The notes beneath the pieces were generated by a model, which saw only the letters and a list, made by a program, of their open reading frames with translations, was not told the origin of the DNA and did no database searches. A DNA stretch of 64,000 nucleotides from Macrostomum lignano (taxonomy: Eukaryota). Below, piece after piece: positions 9,787 to 20,900 of the stretch; the stretch's first letter is position 1, and the number at the start of each line of letters is the position of its first letter. The stretch spans positions 124,001-188,000 of the forward strand of contig NIVC01001558.1 in the NCBI GenBank assembly GCA_002269645.1, given 5' to 3'. The position numbers and the translations under genes are program-made.

Positions 9787-10175
9787 TGTGTAAGGTTGAG
9801 TGAGACAAATGAATCAAGCGTGAACGAAAATAAGGCTCCAGAGAAAACGAATTGAGGTTGATGACGCGAGAGAGACGAGAGAGATTGCGTCCTACTAACA
9901 AAATACGTGCCTGACAGGGGCAAACCGCAAAAAGCCTATAAAAGGGGAGAGTCCTATCACGCAAACCACCCAGACTAACTGTCAGGCAATAGTCCCTACA
10001 AACAATCAGCGCACAGCGTAACCTGGCGTGGCTTGGCACACGCAGCGGAGCTATCTTGGCAGAGCGTAAGCTCGAGCTCAACGCAGTTGACAGCGCGCGT
10101 TGCTCAGGGCGACGACCAGCGACGACTCGCGGCGACGAGCGAAGACCGGCCGAGCAGTCAGGACCCCTGGGCCTG

Positions 10176-10290
10176 ACGTGGCACAGGCTCTCGCAGCCTT
10201 GCGGACCGAACCTCAGGCGTGGCACAGGCTCTCGTAGCCTTGCGGACCGAACCTCAGGCGTGGCACAGGCTCTCGCAGCCTTGCGGACCG
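10176..10290. repeat. ~41-bp tandem repeat x~3 in the Gypsy 5' leader
   Basis: CGTGGCACAGGCTCTCG(C/T)AGCCTTGCGGACCGAACCTCAGG repeated. Confidence 0.85.
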
Positions 10291-10443
10291 TCAGGCAGAA
10301 ACGTGGCAGGCCGGCACTCAGTCACGAGCCGGCAGAGCTGAGCAGAATCTTGCTGACGCTTGGTTGCGAGCTGGCAGGGCTGAGCAGAAGTCTTGATGGC
10401 GCTGATTACGAGCTGGCAGGGCTGAGCAGAAGTCTTGATGGCA

Positions 10444-10629
10444 CTGACTTAGTTGCGAGCCGGCAGTGCTGAGTAGGAGTCTCGGTGGTGCTGACTTAGT
10501 TGCGAGCCGGCAGTGCTGAGTAGGAGTCTCGGTGGTGCTGACTTAGTTGCGAGCCGGCAGTGCTGAGTAGGAGTCTCGGTGGTGCTGACTTAGTTGCGAG
10601 CCGGCAGTGCTGAGTAGGAGTCTCGGTGG
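10444..10629. repeat. 47-bp tandem repeat x4 (with degenerate units to ~10330) in the Gypsy 5' leader
   Basis: Unit CTGACTTAGTTGCGAGCCGGCAGTGCTGAGTAGGAGTCTCGGTGGTG starts at 10444, 10491, 10538, 10585. Confidence 0.95.
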
Positions 10630-10637
10630 GACCTCCA
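10621..10637 (-). other. Primer binding site complementary to tRNA-Gln 3' end
   Basis: Plus strand TCTCGGTGGGACCTCCA matches the 3' end of eukaryotic tRNA-Gln plus CCA (recalled sequence); lies 6 nt from the LTR edge. Confidence 0.85.
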
Positions 10638-10643
10638 AAATTA

Positions 10644-11471
10644 TGTCACGTTATTGGCGTAGCGGCCAGCTATGCGGTGACCCTTAAAAGGGCCGTTTTA
10701 GTCCCAAAATAAGTTGAAGTCAATTCTTGTAAAGCGGATTTTGTAGCGGAGCACTTGGCGATAAAGGCAGGAACTGCCGTAGTTGTCTTTATTGTTAATA
10801 TCAGTATTAAGTTTGGTTGTTACTGGCAATAAACAGGCTATAGCTTTCTGGGCACTGGCGGCTGCAGCAATGGGTTGAATATAATTTGGATATGAAGTCA
10901 AGTGGCAGGCGAATGACACAATGGCGATGTGACGTGAGCAGTGGCTATGAGCACCGTGAAGGCAGTGGAACGTAGTGGCGAGTTGGCGTCGGTCGTGGCG
11001 TGAAACAGTCAAGTAAGTGTGTGAGCAGGCTGGCCCAGACAGAAGGGCCGTGGTGAGAAATAAGGAGGCTCGAGGCAGCCAGACAAACAGATAGAACAGC
11101 TAAGAGGCCGCAGGGAAGGAAACAAGGAACAAGCGGGGAGAGACGAAAAAGCGTGAGGGGTGCCCGCCGCCAGGCGGGGGGTTTAATAAAAGAGCGCAGA
11201 GGGGGGTAGCGCGAGCACGAGTGATTTCATTGGCTGGCGAGAGAACTTAAAATTATCGATCGTGCCAATTTTATACGGTTGCGAGAGAGGATAGCAAAAT
11301 ATACAATGAATTATAAATTGCCACAAAATCGTTGGGCACTACTACAAGTAAACGTCGCAATAAACGAATGGAAAAGTTTAGTTGAAACGGTGAAACTGAA
11401 GGGTTGAATGACTATGGAGAACAGCAGTCCAACGGCCCTTTTCGGGACCACCTTAAACTGACAACGTCACA
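10644..11471 (-). mobile_element. 5' LTR of the Gypsy element (~828 bp)
   Basis: Termini TGTCACGTT / AACGTCACA (8/9 inverted match) plus a subterminal inverted AAAAGGGCCGTT; AATAAA on the minus strand near 10790; abuts the PBS. Confidence 0.75.
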
Positions 11472-13704
11472 CCAACAGACTTTTATTGTTCCGCCAGTCT
11501 CGTGCACAAAGTGCCGAAAAATAGCTGTTTGAAATGCAAATTGATTGCGATGTACAAGGCAAACGAGCTAGGACTGCTTGAAGGGGAAAACAGGAGAAGA
11601 AAATAGTGGGGCTATGCAATATGCATCCTTCCCTGCATGCTGCTTGCAGCGCTGCCTCTAATGCGATCATTACCCCCCCCCTCCCCTCAGCTGCTTCGTT
11701 CATTACCGAGTGGAGGAGAGGCTAGCAGGCGTGTGCGTCAGGAAAGAGCCGGCGGGTTAAGCTTATGGAGATAGGGGGAACGAAAGGTAACAGAAGCGGG
11801 GGGCGGGGCGATCGATTGATTGGGGCCCCCGCTCCGGCCTGTTGTAGCTGGCCCTATAGCCTGCAATATGCAGACGAAATCAGAGAACTGCTGGGATTTC
11901 GAGGGGAAGATGCTAGAATCAGCCTCTGGTGGGTGGCGGCCCCGCTGCTTCCTCCACTCTCGGATCCCTCTCCCCAATCTTTGCGCTGGGAGCGCGGGAG
12001 ATCAGTGTGCGGGGATCCGAAGCGCGGCTGGTTTCGTGGGAGGGCTGGTGGAATGCGCGAGAGTTTCGGATGGGCGACCACCTTCCCCCGGATGCTTGTA
12101 TATTCATGCCGCCATTGGCTCTATCGCTGCTGCTCTATTTGTGCCTGCACGCAGCTTTTGCCTCCAGCATCCCCGTCCAGATCTCTCTCTCTCTCTCTCT
12201 TCGTCTGTTTAACTGGCCTCCCAATCGCCTTTTCGTTTTTTTCTCCGTCATTCCGACTTGGGGGATCCATGCCTCATAGCTAAAACCTTGCAGACGTTAT
12301 ACATCAGAGCGAGACTTTCCGTCTTTAATTACCCGGTCTGAGCGGATAATCAGAAAGCCAAAGGCGATCGCGGAATTTAAGTTTCAGGCAGAGCGACCTT
12401 CAGATTATATGAGTTGCCGCCACCAGGTAAACAAGGCATCTATCTCTGTTTGAAATCATTTTAGTTAATTTGCCTTCCGGCTTTCACTAGGCTTGCATTC
12501 TTATTTACCAGCTGCTTAGTGATCTCAAATCATTAACGTCGTAGCAAAGAGCACCAGACAATCGTAATCAGTAATTTGTGGTCAAGATAACTGAAATCTA
12601 CTGATAAAAAAGCAGAAGGTGGCGATGAAGCCATCAATTGTAGATTGTAGAGATTAGCAGCAGTGTGAGACCGCTACCAGTTCTGCAGATCGACAGATTC
12701 TGCAGATGCAAACTTTAGTCGTTTCCGGGGCATAAAAGGCTTGACACAAAAGGAGCAAAAATGAAACTTTCTACCTGACAAGTTGCGACAAGTCTGTTAC
12801 TCAGCCACAAGTAGCAAGTCTACTCTTCCTACTACTTTAAAGGCTTTAATACTTAATAAACCCTAAATCCGTAAGATCAAGGGATGACTAGTAAAACTAT
12901 TCATGCTATCTTTTCCATACGAAAATAATCTGTCTTACCTCTAACAGTAACTGTGCAACTCAACGCCACAGCGAACTCACTTCTGGATTGCCTCAATGGA
13001 AGACGGCATTCCCTAAGAAGCTCCAAGCCCAGCAGCAAAATACAGAAGCCTCTGGAAAATCAGAATCAATTGCATATTCGTGACTTGACACAGCCTCCTC
13101 CTGGCGTAATAAAATGCTGAAGAGCGTCTTCAAAACCTTCCAGAAGCAGGGCGCCGTTGAGATTCAGGTGGATCCGGGTGAGCAGTTACAGTCGAAACAT
13201 CATTAATACACCTAGATTGCCTTCTCGATACTGTTATAAAGTACTTATGATGTACAAGGCAGTCATAATGCTATGGCAATTTGATTGTGACCTTGCATCT
13301 GACACACTGAGTCCCGATATTCGAACTGAAACTACCTATACGTATTTAGTCCCCTTACTTGACGTCTTGAACAACTGCAAGGACCACTAGAAGTTACCAT
13401 TGTATCAGGACGCAAATATTGCAAAATTATTTGAAGGCCCGCTTGTTTATGTGTATTTAGCGATTCTTGCCTTCAAAAAAGCATCTTACTCGATTGTTTT
13501 AAAGAAACTTGCACTACCTTCGAGCCTCAGAAGCTCTAGAATTGGTGTATTTTACAACAGTACAACGATATCCTCTAGTGGTCCTTGCACAACTGTCGAT
13601 CATTTCGGTCGCTCGACTCAATGATTTGATATAGCATCTATTTTTTAGCTTTATGGCGAGTTACAGTGGTCATGTGGCAACTCGTGAATGCCATTTAATG
13701 ATAT

Positions 13705-16700
13705 CCCTATGAAAAATTGGCCCGAATTTTCACCCTACTCTTCACCCGAAATCGTCAGCACTTTGCGGGTGTAAAAATTGCCGGGCTACTGGCCCGGAAT
13801 CGTTACGAAAAGTTCGTTTTTCGGGCGATGCACCCGTGCATGCACCCGCATTTATACCCGAATATTTACGGGCGATTCACCCAGAATTATTTTGCGCCGA
13901 AAAATCCGGGCCAGTTAACCGATATTTTGCTTGCAAATCCGGCCCGAAGAGCTGGTCATATTTCCTGCTTTTGGTCTTAGTGATAGTGCACGATATTATA
14001 GTAAGTTTTTAGAGGGCATAAACTTAATTACGGTGACTGCCACTTTTCATACTGTAATAAAACTTGTATCTAGTTGAATAGGAAGATTTTGCATGTACGA
14101 GCTAAATGACCCCCTCCAAGAGAGCTACATGTATCGAGAAGAAAAATAAGGCAATTCTGGAGGGATTCAATAAGAAATCTAGATCTAGATAGAAATGTTT
14201 AAGCTTGGCCACATAATAAGAAAAAGTGTGAGCGATAGTTTATTTAAATATTTAATGTATGCATTCAATACGTTCAGTAAACAAAAGCATTAAAGCATTA
14301 AAGTAATAAAAGCAAAGGAGGGTTAAGAAAAGAATCGAAACAGAAACAAACAAAGTTGTAAAGAAGATAACATGAAGGGGCTTGACGTAGAGAAATTCTG
14401 AAGAAAACCATAAAAAGGAGAAATAACTAACTATTTATAGGGCATTTGCAGCTAAGAAATAACCAAATATACTAGCACGTTTGCAACTGAAAAGAGGTAG
14501 ATCTAAGGCACAGAGTGCAAGGAGAGGGGTGCACACAGAATGCACATGTGAAATAGCTAAGATAGGGAAAGTATTAGCGCGACCACGGAGAAAGGAGAGA
14601 AACGATGTGAGGGGGAAATAGCAACATTCGGAAGGATAGGAAGAACCGAGATCAGTAATGGGGTCTGGTGCAAATTAAGGTGACTTCGAGATCCCTCCCT
14701 CCCAGTCGCAGCCACATTACGAAGCAATGAAAAAAACAAATCAGTGTAGAACAAAAGCAAATGCGATAGAAATTCATAAGTTCAAAGTTTAGGTATAGAT
14801 TTATAACTCAGCGAGCGACAGGATGCGATACTGCGCTTGATTGAACATGTTAGCAGTGTCACTGGTTGTGAGCCTGGTGCTGGGTGGCGTAACAGCAGAT
14901 TCTGGCAGCTGAGATGCTGCAGCACCAGCTAATCGAAGCAGCGCACCTGGAGTAGAAGGGGGCGCAGTTGCAGAAAAGCGTCAATAACGTTTTAAACAAC
15001 ACTACAATACAAAAAAATGAAAACATCACCTGGTTTGGTCTTCGTCGCCTTTCTAGCGACGCTGGTCTTTCTCGGTAGTTGGCCCTCTCGGCATCGGGAG
15101 TAGGCACACTGCAGCTCGGATTTTGTGATTTTACATGACTTTAAAATAGACTGTTTGGGCTGGAGTATGTCGCCTAACACCAGTCCTGTAGTGCACGGCA
15201 TAATCCCGGCGACGACGCTTAGCAGTCCAATGTCATCAGACATTAATGGCCAGAGGAAAACTTGGCTGAGGGGCATGTATACATAGCATAAATGACTTAG
15301 GAGCATGGTATGATGATGCTAAAATTCTGTTTATTGAGCAATAAAATCTAAACCTAAATTAAAAGGCAACAAAATTGATTATTAATAATTTTTCTTTAAT
15401 TATAATGGTATAAGTACAGTGCTTGGAATGTTAAATCTGATGGTAAATGTTTATTCTACAAAACATATTCAGATTATTAGATCTAAAACATTCATATAAG
15501 AGCAAAAAGAAGGCTTATTTATAAGATATAAAGGGCCTTTATCTCTGGGAATATGTTAAATTGCAAAACTTTTTCAAGTTATTAGCTTCCTTGAAAAATG
15601 CTCAGTTCTAGGCTTTAGGTTCCCTTAGAATATAATAAGTTATCAAAATTATATTAAATAAAATACAAAAAGCATACAGATTAAAAAATAATGTGAATAC
15701 ATAGCTTTCTAAAAAGTACTATATAGACTATACAAACTTGAAAAAGCAAAAATTATATTAATGCTACTCAGAGTTTTACGAGCTATATTTGGACTTTATA
15801 AATGGTTTTTTAAATTGATTTGTTACTTATGTTCTAAAACTTTTTACCATTCAGCAAGCTCTCTGTGCTCATATACAATACTATCTTCATTATAGGTGAA
15901 ATATTAATCAGGATAAGTTTTCTAAATTATTTTCTATTTTTACTAACTTTAAGAAATAAATAAATAGGCTAATTACTGGACTTAATTAAATTATAATTAA
16001 CTATGTGACTGCCAATTCCTGAACCAGGGCAGGGGCAGGGGGTCAGTCCTTGCTATTGACTCATTTAGTGAAATAATTCACATTGACTATTTTTGAAGTT
16101 AAATAAACTTTGTCTGTTAGATTATGATAAATTAATACAAAAGTAACAAAACACGCTTCACTAGCTAGCACATAAAATATCGAAGTTCTGAAAACGTGGC
16201 GTCTGAAATTTAAATATTTTTCGAGTAACAAAAACAAACAAAATAGTTTCCTAGCTTTTTTTCACATTGGTCAGCGCAATGAAAGAGTGAAAAGCACAGC
16301 AAATACTTAATAAAAATAGATTTTAGCCTGTGAATAGCTTATTCAGAAACAGGTATTTATAGTAAGCGATTGTAAATAATTTCACTTCCATGTCGCCAGC
16401 CGCATCTCAGCCGCGTCAAAATTTTAAACGCAGTCCCCAGACGCAGCTCGTGTAAAAAATTAAAGATTAGCATGCAAAAAGATTCCCAAAAGGGCATGGA
16501 AGTAATGATTTCGACACATTATTTCCCACCATTTGTGATCGATATATAAACTCCTATAATAGTACTTTTTAAAATAATAAACATACATGTACGGTTGAAT
16601 CTTGGAACCTGGGCACCTAGCTTCCTACTCGTTTAGCTATATTGATTTAAACCCATTTTTAATCTGCATCGTCACGTCAAAGTCCCTCAGGACACGCTTT

Positions 16701-16919
16701 TAGAAAAAAACGGGCTAGAGACCCGCACGTCTGGGCCGTTTCTGCTTTCCCCGCTTTCCGGGCGAGAGTCCCGCTTTTTCGCCCGATTTAGTTTCAACCG
16801 TTTTGTCGGCGTGCTTTCCGGGTGAATCGACCGCTTTTTAGTTTTCACCCGCAAATTTAAAGTTCCGGGCCCAATTTCATATGTTTTCGGGCGAAAATTC
16901 GGGCCAATTTTTCATAGGG
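13705..16919. mobile_element. Non-autonomous TIR DNA transposon, probably CACTA/EnSpm (CMC) superfamily
   Basis: Perfect 27-bp TIR CCCTATGAAAAATTGGCCCGAATTTTC at 13705 and inverted ending 16919; AT dinucleotide on both flanks (2-bp TSD); ~250-bp subterminal zones rich in CACCCG/GCCCG motifs in both orientations; no transposase seen. Confidence 0.8.
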
Positions 16920-17919
16920 ATGCAGATCTGCCGATCGGTATCCTGGGCCACGCCTCTGGAACCAAAGCTAATCAACGCAGCACTTGACACTTGCATACAA
17001 CGCAACAATGTTTTGAAGGCATCTACGTGTATAGGTCGGGTGGATTGGCCACGGGTGCTGCGGTTTCATTTAACACTAGGATTGTGTGGCTAGCCTCAGT
17101 TTTTGCGTTAAAAAAATGCGCTTTGGGAATGGAGAGCGGCATTGGGGAGTCGGCAATGCTAATCTGCATGCACATGAGAGATTTTAAGCGGTATTAGAAA
17201 CTGAGACGCAGGAGATAGGATAGCTAGGGCCGGTACGGGGCAACGGGTCCCGTGACTGCGCTGCTGATATCTAACAAATGCAAGCAGCTGTACTGCATCT
17301 TTGCCCTACAGAGTGCGAGCCACAGTGGAGGGCAGCTGGGGGTGGACAGGGGGGCAGACGGGAGTAACCCGACTTTGCGCTATCCGCAGTTTTTGGTCTC
17401 TCGTCCCGTGTGCCTTTGATGGATCGTGCGAGTCAGTCCACATATAGGGTTTGAAAAGCGCTGGAAGGCCGAAGGTGGGTGACTCGGATCCGATGGCATC
17501 CGGGAAGCGGCTGGCCATCTGGTGTTTTTAGTGAAACCGCTCTGTTATTTGCTGTCCCCAGTGTCTGTGTGGGTGGGAAGCTGACTTTGGCAATGGAGGA
17601 CGGACAGATTTCGACCCGCATTTTTCAGAATACGCATTCATTTCGATGCCGGTTGATGTTCGATGCTATGCCAGAAATATGTTTATCAACTGTTGGGCAT
17701 TGCCTTCCCTTTTTCTCGATTTGGTTGATGCAAAACATTTGGCTGTCAGACAGGTTAATTAACTTATTTACGAGTAGTACTTCTGTATGAGCCGTTCAAC
17801 CCATAAGGCCCTGAACTCGGAGGAAAGCTGCACCTATAAATTATCTGCGACAGCATGCGCTTGTCTGAAGATTCCTGCGTGTCTCCAGACCATTGCCGAA
17901 CTGTTAATTGTACTTTTAG

Positions 17920-20900
17920 ACGAAACGGACCCGAATGTGCTAAAGAAGAAGGTGGAAATCAAGAAAAACAGAAATGTGGAAAAAGACTACATCATCGAGG
18001 AGGTCATTGGGAAGTGAGTGAGATCGTTTCTTAAAATGTTTCTCAACATCAAAGAGCATATAGATTTTTTTAATCAAGTTTATTCCGTTTTTAATCATCA
18101 TTAAACCGTTTCTAAGCGTTTGCGATGAGTCTAGGACGGAGAAGTTTAGAATACAAACTGTATTCGATTTTGTTAGTAATTTAATAAAATTTATGCATAA
18201 ATTTCTGCAAAATATCCCAATGACAGCGGCCGATTCGGCGAGGTGCACAAGTGCACCGAAAGGTCCACTTCAAAGCCGTTCGCAGCCAAGTACGTCGCCA
18301 CTTCTTGCGAAAACGACAAGGAGAACGTGTGCAGCGAGATCGCCATCATGAAGAAGCTGAAGCACCCGCGCCTGCTCCAGCTGTACGATGCCTACTTTTT
18401 TCGAAATACCTACGTGCTCATCTTGGAGCTGTGAGTTTTGGGGGAGCTCTTCTAGGCTGCTGATCAAATGCATATTTACAGTAAACCAAGGTTCATGTAT
18501 TATTAGATAATAAAATGCTGTTTCGCTGTAATAATAATAATAATAATTGATTACACCTGCTTAAATTGGCGGATATGCAACCGACAGCTCAGCCGCAGCT
18601 ATTGCGCGGCGCATATGAAGGCCGCGTACGGCTGTTCAGTCCAAGGACTGGGGGGTTGCCACACATACCCTCAATTACCCCAGCTAATGCTGGCACCCAT
18701 TTTACAGTTGGGTGAACTGAAGCAATGCAGAGTTAAGTGTCTTTCTCAGGGACACAAATTGTTCCGAGTGGGTCGAGAATCGAACCCCCGACCTTCAAGT
18801 CGTGAGTCCGACGCTCTGACCACTAGGCTACAACTCTATAGAGATTCTGGCGGCGAACTGGCGGCAAACAGTCGCTAATTAACTCACTGTAAACTTGTAT
18901 AAAATTTCCCGGCCAGCTAGTTGTTAGCCGAAATATTCACAATGCAAAAAGACCATCTAATAGCACCGATCTGGGGGCAGAGTAGCTTGATGGTAAACGC
19001 GTCTTACTCCCGCATCAGGACTTCTGGTTTGACACCGCACACCATGTGTCAGCATGTCTACGAGTGCGTACGGTAGTATGTGCTCAGGGTGGGCAGAACT
19101 GCCACAGCGCTGGTTTCGGGACGGTGTCACCGTAGACGTTGCGCCCGGTGCCCGCAACCCTCTTGCGATTATTTATTATTATTATTATTATTATTATGAA
19201 ATTGATTTCTAATTCCAGCATAACTGGCGGTGAACTATTTGACCGGGTCATCGATGAAAGCTTCGACCTGACGGAAGCGAAGTGCGAAAAGTTCATGCGA
19301 GAGATCTGCGAGGGCATTGAGTACATCCACTCGCAGAATGTTATTCACCTAGATCTTAAGGTTGTCATCTGTGAATTTAAATATAACTGTAAGCCTGGCT
19401 GTTTCCATTAACGAATTGCCGACCACCTCCCACAGCCGGAGAATATTCTGTGCCTGACTCGCACCGGCTACCGCATCAAGATCATCGACTTCGGCCTGTC
19501 CCGCTACTGCGCCCCGGACCTGCGCGTCATGTTCGGCACGCCGGAGTTCGTGTCGCCCGAGGTGCTGGCCTACGAGTCGATCGGTCCGCCTGCTGACATG
19601 TGGTCCGTCGGTGTAATCTGCTACGTCCTGTGAGTCGCTAACTAATCCAGTTGGTTGATAGTAGCAGAGCCGCTCTGACTTTCGCGTCGCCACCCCTGCT
19701 TCGAATCTGTGTGCGGAAAAATTGATTTGGGGCTTGAGGACGTAAAATTAGCCGGGGTTGTCGGGCGATTCACACCCATGAGGGTCAACTCCCAAAGCCA
19801 CAGTGAGTGTACATGCCTGACGATTAGAAAGTCAGGGCCGCTGTACTCTTACACCCTGTGGGAGCGTGTGCATGAGTGCGTGTCTGCGTACAGTATTGTG
19901 CGCGCTGGTACGCTCGCATGTGCTCAGGGGTCAGCGGAATGGGCAGAATTGCATCACCGTTGTGAGACGATCTGGCCGAAGGCGTTGCACTAGGGTGCCC
20001 GTAGCCCTCCGCAATTTTTACCAATATTTTGGTTGAGCAACTGAGTATACACCATAAAAGTATGCTAAACCATCAAAGCAGCTTCATTAAAGGGAAATCC
20101 GTGTATCGTTTCAGCCTTTCCGGACTGTCTCCCTTCATGGGCGACAATGACGGCGAGACCTACTCCAACATCGCGAAGGTGTCCTACTCGTTCGAGTTCC
20201 CAGAATTCGACGAGATCTCGGCCGATGCCAGGGACTTTGTCAGACGCCTGCTGCAGAAGGACGCCAAGTGAGTTTAATCGATTCGTTTGCTTATTTGAAA
20301 GTCGAACCAGAACTGGAGGCGCCGTGGGGTACGGGAAAGCCATGCAGACATTGCAATGCAGCAATGCAGTCTTGGTGAATGTAGGGCGCACATCATACCA
20401 AGGACCACTTTAGTATACAAGGACGTAAAGCTCTTTAATCGTGTAATTTTTGGAGGCCCATTTCTTGGAAAAATACAGTGCGGAGAATAGGGAAAATTCG
20501 TTTTTTTTTCATAAGCCCAAAGTTGTATGCACGAAGGAACTAATTTTCATTGAAATTGAATTGTACCTTCAAAATAGTGGCTTTAAAATACCTGCGTGCA
20601 ACATTTTTATTACAAATACACTCGATTCAAGAATGAACAAAACGAAAAGTTAAGCTAGTGCCACTTGTGAGTGTTTACGATTTTGGGCTTATGAACTAAA
20701 ACGAAAACAATAGGAAAATAAAACTTTAACAACAAAACTACACAGAATATAACTGAGAATTGTAGAAATGGTAATCTTCACTGCCACAATTCCAATGCAA
20801 TCATTGATTTTGTAATGCAGTGTATTATTTCCAAGAAATTGGCCTCCTAAAATGCACGATTTTTAGGTTTTATGTCCTGTCATACTACAGTGGTCCTTGC

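Larger units (their letters stand above)
3770..11471 (-). mobile_element. Ty3/Gypsy LTR retrotransposon (5' LTR, PBS, gag, CSD-PR-RT-RH, IN); 3' LTR not found, so the left boundary is uncertain and may extend to ~2230
   Basis: Domain order gag(CCHC)-PR-RT-RH-IN, with IN after RH as in Gypsy; tRNA-Gln PBS at 10621-10637 next to a TG..CA-bounded 828-bp unit. Confidence 0.95.

Noticed and set aside
19725-19760. Reverse-strand GTCCTCAAGCCCC resembling a twister ribozyme motif
   Set aside because: The downstream GGAGGG and pseudoknot partners could not be found.
19815-19840. CTGACGA..GAAA hammerhead-like core
   Set aside because: Only 3 nt between the motifs (no stem II), the flanks pair as a simple hairpin, and it is not conserved in the 51870 copy.
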